DNA of 63,252 bases, counting the filler, from Dicyema japonicum (taxonomy: Eukaryota; Animalia; Dicyemida), in NCBI GenBank assembly GCA_011109175.1. It is 9 parts of 9 records of this genome, joined end to end, with 100 filler letters (N's around TTAATTAATTAA, not from the genome) between each part and the next. Parts side by side here need not be neighbours in the genome. Positions count along the whole stretch, not along the records: positions 19,859 to 35,365 come from RDEW01000129.1; positions 35,466 to 43,557 come from RDEW01000118.1; 7 more parts are not named here. One strand, given 5' to 3'. The notes beneath the pieces were generated by a model that saw nothing but the letters and a program-made list of their open reading frames with translations, did not search any database and was not told the origin of the DNA. Made by a program: the position numbers and the translations under genes. Below, piece after piece: positions 25,600 through 39,647 of the stretch (within the stretch, counting starts at the first letter, position 1; the number at the start of each line of letters is the position of its first letter).

Positions 25600-27330
25600 A
25601 TGTAGTTAGCTATGTCAAGTGCCCCCTCTATCAAAGGCCTCGGATAGGGTAATACATGGGAGGCAGCATCTTCCCTTCATTAGGGTAGATAGTGATGTAG
25701 GTACTATCAACCATATGGTACAAAGCATGATATTGTTGGTTTTCGAATAACCAACAATGGGTGGGAAGACACTGCTTGAGATGTTCAAAGAACTCTGATT
25801 GTCAGCGGCCAACTCCGACGAACCCAACCACTAGGATACTCAGGTTGAAAAAAACAGACCTGATTTAAGTAAAATAATATTGAAAAAAGATCAGTTTGGT
25901 GGCCAACTCCTCGATTAAGAAGAATGCGAACACCAAACTGATTATATACGCAGACGATATTCTGATTACGGATACGTCGGGGAAGTCAACATTGTCAGAA
26001 AGAAGAATCAAGTTCCTGGGCGACCACAGAAACGGGGGGCTTCCAACATGAAGTGATCCTCCATGGCTACATTCGCGGGGGCATCTAGGTCCAGTCGCAG
26101 AATATGGCCAAAAGGCCTCCATCATGTATCCATAATTTCATTTGGGATTTCAGAGGTCCTCTTCCTTTTATAGACAAGATTAGATGACATCCTCGTATCA
26201 CTTCTTTCGAACATCATATGTCGTAGTTGGTCTCTATGAAACGCATTAAGCCTCTTCAGTTCATTTCTTGAGCAGGCCCAGGTACCAGCGTTATACAGTA
26301 GCATGGGTTTCACCAGCGAGTTGTATAATCGAGTTTTTGATATAATGTCAATCCCTTTTTGTGGAGTCAGGTGTTCTTCAGTCTGGAGAGGGAAGATTGT
26401 GCTAAGGTTTTCCTTCTTGAATGTTTTCATGGTCTCCAAGGAGGAAGCCAAGCTTTTTGCACTTGCGCCAGTGCTCCTTCGTCCTTGATCTTCCTTCTTG
26501 AGTTCAGTTACCTCAGTCTTGTCCGGATTTACTGTTAGGAACCATTCAGCTAGTTTTCCAGACACTTCTTCCAACAAGCAGGTGAGCGATATTTTGTCAT
26601 TTGAAATAAAGTCTACGTCGTCAGCATACGCAATAATGCTTGTCTTTTCACCCAGCATCGTTTTGATTCCCGTAGAGCAGCTTCAAGGTATATGACAAAA
26701 AGAATAGGTGATAATGGATCATCCCGTGGAGTGGCAACAGTCGTCTCAAATCGGCGAGACAAGGCTCCCCCGACTCTTCTGACAGTGAAAGCGTCTAGGA
26801 AACTCCCCAGAACCAGTATTAGTCTCCGTCTGTCGACATAGTCGAAGGCCCTCGAAATGTCGATTCCGAGGATGGTTGCAGACATTTTTAACTTTTGAAC
26901 GGCCGCAGATCTCCACTTTGGGACCACAAAACATCGGAAGTAGATCTTCCTTTTCGGAATCTGCTGTGGTATAGCGACATAAAAGTATCTAGGCGTCCTT
27001 CCATCGTTTGTAATGTTATGTTCGCCAGAGTTTTCCTAAATGAATTCATTAATATGACTGGACAGATGTTCTTCTATCATTCACGCTGTTATAGGGGCAG
27101 ACTATCTTTGAGAGATCATTCCTAACGGCAAATCCTAGCCCATAGTGCTTGTTTCCACCTTAGTTTAATCTCCTGAAGACAGGCGATTGAAATCTTGTAC
27201 TTTGAAAGATCCTCGACCAGTTCCTTCCATTTCCAAACGCTAAAGAGTCCCCTGGCGTTAAACGTGAGAAAAAAAAGTCCAATGACTTGATAATGTGTTT
27301 TCCAGACATTGAGTTCAAGAGCCACTTCAC
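25600..27330 (-). mobile_element. RTE-like LINE with APE start and RT, internally deleted and frameshifted
   Basis: LTFNARGL...IACLQEIK (APE); IDISRAFDYVDR; DPLSPILFVIYLEAAL; AYADDVDF; LYNSLVKPMLLYNAGTW. Same family as 17.5 kb and 43.7 kb. Confidence 0.9.
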
Positions 27331-27649
27331 CAGCTAAACCATATATCTTTTTAATAGTCTAATTTAATTCAATAATTTAAATAAAAAAATATTTTAAAAA
27401 TCTAATATTTTAAAAAACAGCAGAAGGAAGAAATCTACTGCGATGTTAAAATCGGTTCTTGTCTTAATCGGAGACGTTCCTCCACGTATATACAGCTAGC
27501 ACTGAACGATTCTTGAGAACACCCTCATTTCTCGATCAATTAGCATAACTGTTCCTCCTTTTCATGTTTAAAAGGGGAAGCTATATTCTAATTTTGTAAT
27601 TCGGCATCAAACTGATCTTTAATGATAAATATATTAAAATTTTAATGAA

Positions 27650-29300
27650 CAATCGTAAATCAACAAAACCACCATTTTAAAACAAAAACCCTGTTAACCA
27701 TTAATAACCAACTTCCGATGTTTTGTCAGATAGATAGTCTTCTCTAAAAGATCAAAATTCACACTATTCGCTCCATGGGTAGTTTTGAGCATATTTATCG
27801 TCTAAATAGTTCCAATGTATCTCACCTCAAAACAGAACTTTCTCGTAACTGGAAGTCTCTCACATACCCGATATAGTATAATGTCCATAGAAATAATAGA
27901 CAAAATCTGTGCTATTCTCCAAATGTTTTTAATTTGAGACAAAAAATCAACTTTATCTGATCGTACACGCTTTCCAAAGACTCGCGGGCTCTATGAATGT
28001 CTACAATCTTCACTAGAAGCAAAAAGTGATAATATTTCAGTTTTATATAATGAATGTGAGTGATTGGGAGAATTCGAGTCCATTTGTGCAACATTTTTTC
28101 AAATTTCAGAATAACATGAAAATTCAAATCACTAAAATTTGATCAGGAAATACAAAATGGATGTAAATTGAATCATTTCTGCATACTCCAAAGGGTCCAT
28201 TTCAAAGTATTTGTTATCCACGTGGATCTGATATTTGTAAAACAACGACAAGTTTATCAAATCACTACATATTTGTCAGAAATTACATCTTGGATATCAA
28301 TTCTCTGTATTCTTCATACATCAGACAACGTTGTTTTAAGTATTCGTCATCCACGTGGATCAGACACTTGTTACAACGGTTTGATAAATCCACCAGACCT
28401 GTCTGGCATGAAGGGCACTTTGTAGCATTGATTCGTGCATCAAATTCATCGTCCGCACAGCGGGGACATTCACAAGTGAAGAGTTTTAACAAGGCATGCC
28501 GATCCGTTCTGTTATTAATCAGATCAATATAGCTTATGTAAATATTCTAAGAGTTATAATAAAGTTAACTTCCCCGGAGATCACATCTGTCGCTACAATT
28601 TTCAAGCGAATTCCTTCGAATGTAACGCAAGCGTTGGGGACCCAGGAATGGTCATATTTCGAGCCACTAGAGTAGACGTAAGTATCAACTTTATATATAG
28701 ACTAGTTCCAAGTTCTTCACAGCTATCAAACTCATAAATTATGAATGAATTTATGTGCATTTTACAATACATTTCGACATATTTCGTAATTCTAATGATC
28801 CGGTATATTCAAAGCAATATGATAAGGCAAATTCGATAGAAGAAGTAATTTTTTGTGTAAAATTTCATAGTCTGCACAGATTATAAGGAAGACTAACTTG
28901 AGACTAATTCACTGAATGATCTTTCATCTGAGTCTTCCTTTTTATCCAAAATCCCCAATTTGCACTTCAAGTAAATGTACGGAGTACCTTTACGACGATT
29001 TGGAAGAATAAGCGAGCATGATCTGGTGATTTTACCTCCAGCAAGTTTACTACACTCGAATTTATGGATTTGCCAAGATTTTTTCTAAATTACACATTTT
29101 TTAACTTGGCAAGCTGGACTGAAGTATCTAAGGGTTTTGCAATTTTCACATCTTTTTAGATTTGATTTACTAAAGCACCACGAACACCTTAATGCAAGCA
29201 ATTCCCAATTTAACACGTGGACGAACGGAAGAGATTCAACGATAATGTCTCCTGGTTTGTACGACTTCATGACTATTATGTTCAAACCGTTAAGTTTCCA
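27650..29300 (-). pseudogene. SMYD (SET-MYND) lysine methyltransferase unprocessed pseudogene
   Basis: PGDIIVESLPF; MYND CSWC..CENC..RYFSPACQ|KKSWQIHKFEC; INSF; DHSWVPNA (NHSCxPN); ISYID; FTCECPRC. Introns of 21-26 nt, several frameshifts, and C>F and C>W changes. Confidence 0.85.
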
Positions 29301-29339
29301 CGGTTTTATTGAACAAAATATTACGCAGTTTTAACGTAG

Positions 29340-31500
29340 TTCTCTCCACCCAATCCTGTCTTCCGATTTCTCACTACGAAAATGGTCTCCCTTATACTTA
29401 TTTCCCCACCTTTAATGGGCATATCACAGTACCCACCATTGAGTGTTCTTCAATAGATAGGATCTGATCCTGAGACTCTCACGGTGGCAATTCCTAGGTT
29501 ATGTTGTACAACATCCACGGAATTGAACTGAATCTGACCAAGAATTCAAATCTTTAGGAGAAGTCTTATCGAATTAGATTTACCCCAGCAGGGTATGATT
29601 GCCCAACTTGGTGGCTGTAATCCCTTAAATTGGAATAATCAGGGAGTTCATTGAATTTTAATTTGCATTTGACCTAATTTATTGCAATAAATCGACCTAA
29701 TAGTCATACTACATAGCGCTCACATCAAAGATCACACAAAATTATCATTTTAAGCAAAATTATAGGTCACCTTGATATCATGACTCAGGTACTTAATTTT
29801 GATTTTGGGGTAAAAAAACTTAGGGGTTCAAGGAACTGATGATTTTTCCACCTCTTCTTCATTCTGACTAGAGCAATAAGTACTATTTGCTTCTTGGTTT
29901 CTTGTGGTTATCCGCTCGTGAGAAACTCTCTTCTCCATTAACAAACAACTACCAAATAGTTTGTCTGGTGGAGGATACGTGAGAGAACCAGATATCTTTG
30001 ACTAAACAAGTCAGTTATATATAGTGTGGTCTCTTGAATTTCAGGATTCAAATAGTCGACAATAAAGGTAACGAAATGCCTGTGAAAATGGGGGATATAT
30101 TTGTCTCAGTAACTCTTATTTTCTTTGTGAACAATTTATTCGCTTAAATGATCTACGTCTAAGATCACTTCCAAATGTAGCCACTGACTACGTAACCGGT
30201 ATTATAACATATCCAGCCATATTTCTACAAATTGATTAAATTTGAGGTTTTTTGACTGACGTCTTCTTATGAGGTGTATTATTGTAGAGTTCAGGTCGAA
30301 AAAAGACACCCACGATCAAAATGGGACATTACGAGATCGAAATTGTCACAAGAATAATCGCATACGAAAGATCTTAGACTACTGAACTGATGCCAAACTG
30401 AACAGCTAACATATTTGGTTTGAAAACATTAGAGATGTCCAAGGCAGAGAAGCATTACGACTGGGATGAACTGTTTTGAAGAATACACCTAGTGAACTGG
30501 AATAAGTATGGAAGTAGAATCTCAGAATAATTTTTCAAAAAGAGCTCACAGATGTTTGACAAATATTATGGGGACCAACCGTTGAGAACTAGTTTCTGTA
30601 AGTTGAAGATGCCTCCCCAGAATACTTGGGAGATTAGATTTTTCCATGCAAGCATATCCTCCCTTAAAAGTAAACCCGGGTTTTGGGAGTTAGCAATTCC
30701 TCGTCTATCGGGGTAACTCAATTCTCAGAACAGCTGAAGGAGTTATTTAAGTTTTCCGCCGTTGGTTGGCAAAATAGGCCGAGACTATAGAACATGAACA
30801 TTGTGTAAATAACAACTGCGTAGTGAATATTTTTATGGTGGTGTCTGTGCTTAAAAAATAGTTTTCAAGGTTGACTCATTTTCGCTTTGTAGTTCAATCC
30901 CGTGTTTAATTCCTACTCTTTTAGCAATATTCCTGATTCAAATAATCATAAAGTATACTTGGATGCGGGTTCTGTGATGAACGATAGAATACCAAGTAGG
31001 TTCGAAATCCTTTCCGTTTGATTGTGCAGTAATCACTTTTGTCACCGCGAAAACCGTATATTCCTTCTATTTGACAGTTTTCTTGCTGCAGATGTCTAAA
31101 AAGAATAATATTAGGGGGAAGTCTTTAATGATGGTATTGGTGGCTGTTTGAATCTAAGGATTCCTAAACGAGTCACTTTGATTCAAATTTGAATAACATC
31201 TCGTTAAAGTTTTTGTTTATTCGGCCAACCTTGCTAAATCCTTTGTTTAAGGCTTCGTCGTCCCAGTTCTTGATTGGCTGGGATTTCTTAGAATTGGCGA
31301 CTTTTGATTTAAAAAAGTTATTTTCTAACGATTTTAGCTCCTCCCCGTAGTTCAAAATTAGGGACCAGCCTTTGAGTATCATTCTGTAATCGAGTTCATT
31401 TCTAGCCCACGTGTCTGTCCCGTCCGTGGTCTGTTTAGTGAAAGACAAACTGTGTAAGCTATGTAAGGCTTCCTGCTGAAGTGGGTCCCGTTAACTTTGA
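29340..31500 (-). mobile_element. Degenerate LINE debris (APE and RT N-terminal motifs)
   Basis: Scattered remnants such as NLRDY, FGSD and TW...LDY (ORF 31173-31448). Probably more than one element. Confidence 0.35.
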
Positions 31501-32308
31501 TGTTTGGAACGTACTTTCCACGGATTCGCACGTGAATCTCTTTATGATGAAATCTAAGTGATTATATTCGCTCGACGAGGAAATCATCTGCATTCTGATT
31601 ATTCTAAGGTGGTTACAATCTTACTTCTCCAGAAATAAATTTTTGCGGATTCTCAAATCTGTCCTCAAATGTCGGGTACTCCATCTCTCGATGATGATTT
31701 CATCGATAAAGGTCCTCACGTTTATCAAGGACAGCTAAGATTACAGTAAACTCAACATTCATGTTTTCCATGCTCGAATTGAAGCTGATTAGAAGATTGA
31801 TGTCTTTAGTTAAACCAAAATCGACCATATTTGAGTAATCTTTTTATTCATACAAAGTTGCAGAAATTTTTGTCAATGCTGTTTTTTTATGTAACCCTCA
31901 TTGTCGAAAATGTTATACTTCCGTATGTAGAAATGTCTATAAAACATATCTCACAAGGGAATCTTTCGAATTACCACAAACTATTCAATTCTGTAACGAT
32001 TCTTGAAAGTAAGAGCAGCCTCCTCAGCTATCAATGCAGAGCTTGAAAGTCTCGAGTTAAAGGCACCATTCAAAATCAAGTATTTCCCCGAGAAAAGGTG
32101 AATAAAGTTACCCTGCCCGGGCGTTCTCCTTTTCCACGATCCAAGCCCACCGGTTCCAGAGATGACGGGAATCAATCCCCCTCATAGAGCGCATCACAAC
32201 CTTTTTGATGACGGAATGCCTCAGGATCCTTCCACTGCTGAAACAACAAGAGAACGGATGAAGCCCTTTAACATTACTATAGTTATTTCGTGGGCGATAC
32301 GAAAAAAA

Positions 32309-32323
32309 GGTTGAGAAACACTG
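32309..32323 (-). mobile_element. Isolated hAT (Charlie-type) terminal inverted repeat
   Basis: Reverse complement CAGTGTTTCTCAACC, a Charlie/Buster-like TIR. The partner end was not found. Confidence 0.5.
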
Positions 32324-32939
32324 CCCAAGTCAAAGCTTACGAGAAGAAAGACGTGGCTTTCGTTCATTATGAGAGGGTGTAGACAAAGGAACGTCAAATC
32401 TCTCTGTTAAAAACCACCTGGTCTACTATTCTTTGTCTGCTCTTACCACAGGGTCTCCCATAATTTAACCACATGTTTTTATCTAATAGTTCAGCCTTTT
32501 CATGCGCAGTTTTTTCACGTTCGTTAGTTTAACTTTTAACGTATTTTTAAAAAAATTCTGACTTTACCCATGAAACTCTCTGGAACCACACTAGTTTAAT
32601 TCCGACGCGGACTAACTCGGGACTTTGGAACTTCTTACACTTCTTATTGCTTATCTAGATCTGATTCCCCCCCCCCAGTTAGTCTCCTGGATTTATGGAG
32701 AAATTCAGCAACTCAAATTTCCGTTAAATTAACCGATAACTTGGCCCAGTACAAACAGTCACAAATTATCCAAAGAAGAACGTTTACCTGTGCTGACCAA
32801 ATTCATCATCTAATAGTTCATTACAGCTTTCCAAAAAGAGGTGGATAAGTAGGTCCGCTCTCTTCCATTTTTGTCCCACGTTCTATTGTGACTTCATTCT
32901 TTAGCTAAGATTTTTCATAACGGAAAGTCTTCACCAGTG

Positions 32940-33100
32940 GATTTGGTCAGGAAGAAGGTAGGAAGATCCCTTTCAACGACTATGTCTTATCAGAAGGAGT
33001 CGTTGCCTCACGAGTGGATCTGTTTGACGAGAATTGACCTTCGTGAAAAAAACCATATTTCGGATTCGAACCCACGACTTGCCTCTGTCACGAGAACAGA
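32940..33100 (-). mobile_element. tRNA-derived SINE family 2
   Basis: Minus-strand B-box GGGTTCGAATCC, with a body homologous to 56830-57020. Confidence 0.7.
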
Positions 33101-33104
33101 AACA

Positions 33105-34170
33105 GGTACAACTCAAAGTGGGTGTCCGTGGCGAGAGCGAATCGCCATTCATGCCCTCACTTCTTTGTGACCTATGTGAAGAGGATCGCCGGGAATTATT
33201 GTGAAGCTGGACGTTTCCAACACCTTTAATTCGATAAAATCATCTAATTGAAAATGAGATTGCCGAACATTGTCCAAATTGCGAACCTCGCATGCGGTAC
33301 TCCAACTCATCTTATTAAACCTCTTGGTCCACATTTTTTGCTTTAGGAGTTACGAGTTGCTCGTGCACGTGACACAGTTTTCAATTGTAGGTATTTGGAC
33401 GATGCTACTATCGCCGGTTCAACCGAGTCGGTTATGAAAAGTAGAGGTGACCTCGACTCACGAAAGATGAATTTTCTACATCGCGATGCGTTTATGACTT
33501 TTCTCCCCGATGCTGCTATTACCAATGAGGATCACCATATGATGTTGGGCTCTCCCATTTCCATGGAGATTTTCCCTCATTCTGAATAGAAACTATCGGA
33601 GATCGGTAGTGCTACTGCTAAGCTACACGCGCTTGATTCTCATACTGATTTTTAAGAATTATCTGTTCCATCCAAAATTAACGGTTTGGGGACGTTCCTT
33701 TCCTCGTTCCTTTTCATGGAAAGCCTGGAGAATTTCAACAAACTTATTGGCAAGTCTAATGAAGAAATCGCAAATATCAAAATCGACAATGCTGATACAA
33801 GCCTTCTTGCCAATCAGATTTGGGGGCATCCGCTTAATCTTGATGGTGAACATTTCATCGCTATCCTACTTGTCCCTATATCAACAACACAATACTCATC
33901 CAGACTATTTTTCCAGATTTCTGCTTTATTAGTTTGCAAAACGCTATTAAAAGAAAGTTATCTCGTCGCTTCTGCAACACCGTGGATAATCTCCCATGTT
34001 AGATTCCTCCACGCTCTCCCTGAGAAAGGATTTTTCGAAGGACATCTAGGTCGTCGGCATTTCCTAGTTTATAATGTACAGTCCCAAGATCTTCGTGACT
34101 GTAATAGGGAGAGTGTAGAGGACATCCGCGGTATCTACAACTGCTCTGGAAGTGAGCTACCATAGCATTC
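33105..34170 (+). mobile_element. CRE-like retrotransposon RT fragment
   Basis: QLKVGVRGE..IAIHA; VKLDVSNTFNSI; YLDDATIAG; LGSPI; AFLPIRFGG. Confidence 0.85.
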
Positions 34171-34199
34171 TTAAAATAACTTCCATCTCTCCATTTTCA

Positions 34200-35250
34200 C
34201 CGTTAATTCAATCGGCTGTGAACTGCATGTTCTGTAAGCTTTTCGGTACAAATCTTTTTTGGAATCCTGATTTTCATCAGCGATAGTAGCTGATTTTTGT
34301 GGTGTGAGTTTATTTTTTCCCAGTGTGACTGATTGACGCCCCATGTTCCAGAATTGTACAGAGGTTGGGGCGGACAAACGAGTTGAAGTTTTTGGATGTT
34401 GGGGACTGTTAAGGATGAGGATCAAGAGGGAGTCTCGTAGTTTAAGGTGGTCCTGATGTTTTGTTTGAAGATTTTTCTGAAGGTTTTCTTATTCTGGTAA
34501 AAGATGGATCGGTCTGGGCACGGAGGGGATTCCTTTTCTTGTTTGCTTATGCAACCACAAGGTCCACGTGGAAGTAGAATTTAAGGCTTTGGTCGTAGAT
34601 TACTCTTAAGATTTTCGGAGTTTTGTGATAGGGAGGACTTGTTCAAAATTTTCAGATCCGATTTTATGTTTAACTGAGATCGGTCGGAAGTGAATACTAT
34701 GACGCTGGACTTGGAGGGGGAGAGGTGGTTAGTCAACAACCAAGATTATAGAGAATAAGTGTGTATGGAGGCGGGCTGAGGCGAAGTGATGTTTCTATCT
34801 CGAGGAAAGGACCATTGTATCTTCCATCTCGGTATGCTATTCAGTTGGAGGTTCAATATCAGAGAAATAGCAGAGACTTGTGGGACTCCATTTGAGGGGT
34901 AACGGGAGCGAGATATCTATGACATAATCAGGGCACGTCAAGTCTGCCACAGAAAAATAATTTTAGCATTTGTGTATGAATAGAGGAATACTCGTTGCGG
35001 TTATCTTGTTACAAACAACACAGGGGACGTCCCATCAAAGGCCTTAGAAATGTCAAAGGAGGTCAAGACAACACGAAGTGGCGTTTGTGATTGTTGAATC
35101 CATCAGCAATAAAGTCAGTTAACTTGGTTAAGTGGGTTGAGGTCGAATGCTTGACGCGGAACCCAAGCTGAGAGTTGTAAGCCTAATTATTCATATTCTT
35201 ATGAGAAACTTGGGAGTGCATTTAAACAATTAGTTAATAACACAAACGGT
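34200..35250 (-). mobile_element. Jockey/CR1-like RT fragment
   Basis: QLGFRVKHSTSTHL; FDISKAFD; VIYDQSLKFYFHV; FNSFVRPNL. Confidence 0.8.
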
Positions 35251-36173
35251 TAACGAACACTAGCTACTCTCAGAATTGAGAACGAATTTCTCTTAAAATC
35301 TGTAAGGAAATAAGCCAGATACTTTCTCTTTATTGTTCTTCATCCTTGCAATCCTAATTGATTCANNNNNNNNNNNNNNNNNNNNNNNNNNNNNNNNNNN
35401 NNNNNNNNNTTAATTAATTAANNNNNNNNNNNNNNNNNNNNNNNNNNNNNNNNNNNNNNNNNNNNATCATGTTTCAAATGTTTTTTGAAACCAACTATCG
35501 GTATATGGACACTTTCTTTGATTTTAAGAAGGTCCATATATTTCTTGAAAAATGTAGAGACAATCCAATTCTAAGTCGATACAATAAGGACAATCGATAC
35601 AATCTTCACCTTACGCTTGGGAACTAATCGTGATTCACTGGCTAGAATGTCATATTTGTGCAGTTTTTCTACTTCCGCTGATTTTAAATACTGGTTAACG
35701 ATGACTTAATGGTCACTACGACTCGTCTTAGCGTAGTCGTTTGGCAATCTCTTCGAATGTGCTTGTTCTATATTTACATGCAGGAATTCTGTGTTTGTGT
35801 GCATGTTGGTTCTTCTTTTTTGTTCGGCCCACAAAATTGCTGCTTTTCTTAAGAAGATTAACTTTCTGATTCCAAGTTGAATTTGAAGTGCAACAACATT
35901 TTTTCCGCTTTAAAGGTAACTGACACAAGTCCAAATTAATTTTTTAGCAATTAGTCAACAAGTCACGTCAACCAATAGCTATCTGATAAATTTATCTATA
36001 TCGTTGAAACAGGATAGTTTCAGATTGAGAAGACCAATATAACCGTGTTAGACCATGCTTATTAATTGCTCTAAATAGATTGACTGCATTTAGTTTAGTT
36101 TCTGATTGTCTACCGATACGATTTTGCATTTTCTCTTCAATATTTTTGAGTACATTCTCTGCACCTGTCTTCT

Positions 36174-36441
36174 AGGACTCCCAAGTAGAGATAGAACAGC
36201 AACACAACCAGGAACCTTCCAATTAGGATGTACTTAATTAAGTTGGATATAAACTCGTCACCAAAATAAGGTAAATTATCTTTATACGACTATTAAATAT
36301 TATTTACAGGACTCCCAAGTAGAGATAGAACAGCAACACAACCAGGAACCTTCCAATTAGGATGTACTTAATTAAGTTGGATATAAACTCGTCACCAAAA
36401 TAAGGTAAATTATCTTTATACGACTATTAAATATTATTTAC
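36174..36441. repeat. Tandem duplication, 134-bp unit x2
   Basis: Units start at 36174 and 36308. Confidence 0.9.
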
Positions 36442-38719
36442 ACTAAGAAGTGGACATTTTTTATATTCAGGAAAATTAAAACATAGATTTATATTAAAGA
36501 TCGCTAACTAAGAAGAATGGATGAGAAAATGTTACAATTCCATTTATTAGTAACCAGAATGACGTGTTGATTAATTAGTTCAAATAATTAACGCAGTCCT
36601 TCCTGCAAATCAAATTTCGTGTCATTCCACCACGACATAGATTGCATTCTATTCATACACAAGTATTAATACCATATGCCTCTTTCATTCTAATTACGTG
36701 CTCTCCATCAAAAAATTGTATATGGCCATTATTCAATGTTATTTCAACTGATTTTTTAGAGGAACCAATTCTACGATCTAAAATCAAAAAGCATACATCA
36801 TTGGTTGAGACCAATTGCCCAGAATGCAAATTTTTCCGGATTTATGTATTCTATAAAAAAATTGAATGATCATTACTCATAATTTAAAATTTTTCGTTGG
36901 ACTGGCAAAAAGATGACATTTGGTATTATGCTTTAATGAATAAAATATTAATGTTACAGATATGCTAAATTCGAAAGTCCCTCAAATGAGTCACGGTCTA
37001 CATATACAAGACTCGAAGAGATTTTTAGATTTCTAAATATTAACTATGTCTAATCAAACATTGACCTCAACTTTTTCAATCCAGTAAAAGTATTGTTAAA
37101 TATTTTTGGTATTGAACCACCTAGACACTGACTAAATAATATTAGTTAAATCAATTTTTAAATACAAATATTCTAAATTTTCTAACGCTGAGAAAATTGG
37201 TCTCCCATTGAATATAACATTTGTTGCAATTATAATTTTTGTTATATTATTATTTGGTGTAGAAATAAATGTACACTGGCTCAAAAGACTAAAAATAGTT
37301 AATCATTAATAAACTCGTTTTCTGCTGGCAAAATACAGTTTTGGGAAATCGAGATAGCAAGTAGATAGGTCAGGAATAGCATTTATGAATAATTATTGAA
37401 TATTTTATTTATTTCAAATCAACTATTATATTAAATTTTATTTATCAAAAAGAAAAAAACTTCAAAAAATGTCTCTAAATGTATTGCAATTCAATATCCA
37501 AACATGTCCTCCCTGTATCAACACATCTCCAAAACAGCTCCACTCCTATTCGTACTGGGATCATCCATAGGATCATTAAAACAGTTCTTTGTAGCATGTG
37601 CCTTTATGTGTTCGAGATGAGACATGTTAAAAAAGTAAATCAAGATAAGATGAAAGTTCGATCAGAACTATCATTTGGTTAAGTTCTGGATGTCCCACCT
37701 TGAGGAGATCTTTTTTAATGTCCAAGAGAACCACGAATATGTGGACGACTCATTCCAACAGTTCGTTTCCTAATGCACCACAGTTCTCCGGAAACGTGGA
37801 TAAATCAGTAAAATAAAATGAATCCCGACCTGACACTCGAATGGGACAAACATATGTATTTGCCTAAGTGAATAAAATTCTTTATCTGTTTTTAATCCGC
37901 AACATCGTTACTCATAAAGACAATAAATTTTCGAAATATGAAGGTGAGACGGCCTTACATAAACTAAAAGATCAAAACATTAAAATGCTGTCTGATAACA
38001 TAACAAGACCGCATCCCAAATCCCAGCTCCAGCATTACCAATCTTCATATTTCTTAAGTCCCATCTTCACAAATTGAGGTACCTTCAATGAAACCAACTC
38101 ATAGTCTGGCTGTACACATCAACAGAGCTTGTGATGGTAATCAGCCCACTACAGTCTCAGTAAACATGTCGATTAAATATTGAATAAATTTTTTCAAATT
38201 TGAATTTTTACGAATGAGTTGAAATTTACTGGAGTGGTTGCATAGTCTTATTAAATACTCGTAAAAATTAAAATGTTAATCCCAAAGATTCGATTCGGTT
38301 ACGAGCGTTCTTAAGTTATTTAAAATAGTTCAAACATTACTAATAATTTATGGCTGTTGTTATACTTTTAATTTTATTAAATAAGTCTTTTTGTTTATCA
38401 ACATTTGAAAACTAAGGAGCTCGCGAAACCAAAATGGTTGAAAATTGTACGTAATTGAACTAATATTTACTCGGAAAAATAAACTTCAACCTGGTATCTA
38501 TTTTTATAGTGACGGTTCTTATTTCTTTAAAATGGGAAAATATGGTCATCCTAAGAATGCACTGAGCCATGTTGTAACAAAATAAATTTGAACTATTTGA
38601 AAACGGATGTATACATTTTATTAAAACTAAGATAATGTTCTTAATTCATCAATTGTCTCTCAGGTTCTCTACAATGTATGAATAAAAAAGGGCTCTTTCT
38701 TTGCTTTACAGGTTCTTGT

Positions 38720-38769
38720 CAGGCGGCACACTTGAAATCGTCTCGCGGCACACCGTTTGACAACCTCTG
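38720..38769 (-). mobile_element. hAT terminus
   Basis: Reverse complement CAGAGGTTGTCAAACGGTGTGCCGCG. The flanking 8-mer GTCTAACT fits the Buster-type NNNTANNN target. Confidence 0.55.
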
Positions 38770-39647
38770 GTCTAACTTGACAGAAGAGACATTTTGGGAG
38801 TATTTTCTGCTTAATGTCGGAATACATATCAAACAAAAAGTAGCTAGGAATAACATATTTCTTGTTTTATTTTGCGGAATATAGTTTTGGGGTCGTTTTT
38901 GAGTTTGTCGTCGGCCGTTGGTCTTTAGCTTTTATTTTAGACAACTAAATATGTCTGAAACGGTAAATTGAGTAATTAAAAAGATCCCATGATTGAGTAA
39001 TTGAAAAATAATTCATTTTCTTAGAGAGATAAGGATCCTTGTACCTCAAATAGACAAGGATGCTCCAAAAACATGTAGGCTCTACGCTGGTGAAGAATTC
39101 TTTGCTGATCAGCTCTATAAATCCAAGAAATCAACTCCCATGGTTAACTTGATTAGATAAACACTTTACTTCCGCATTACCTTTTTAATACAAAAATACA
39201 AATGAGTCGAGTTACTGGAGCTATTCAAGTCTTGTCATTCTGACACTTAAAAGCATTCAATAGTGCTAGTAAAGACCACATTATAAGCGAAATAAATATG
39301 GTTACTTGGAATAAAAAAGAAAACAAGGCAGGGCTTTCAAAAAGTGGATTGTCGCAAATATTAGTTTTTATGAGGTTATCAAGTCCCAAAGAATATAGTC
39401 CTGCCTCATATCGTCAGGAACGGACATCCACAACACCAACAAAACACGGTGAATAACAAAACTAACACGTAACCACAATTTGCACAGGCAGGAATAAATT
39501 TTGATTAAAAAAATTATATAAATATGATAAATGCAACATATATTTTACTCTAAATTAAACTTTTTATAATTAAATATAACTTTATTGTTTAAATAAAATT
39601 ATTAAATTAAACCGTGCGTTTGTTGAGTCGTCTGTTTATAATAAAAA

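Noticed and set aside
35700-37400. Faint R4-like and L1-like RT remnants
   Set aside because: Motifs are too degraded to support a feature call.
38950-39500. Possible minus-strand gene head-to-head with NOC2L
   Set aside because: I could not build a consistent spliced frame or recognise a family.
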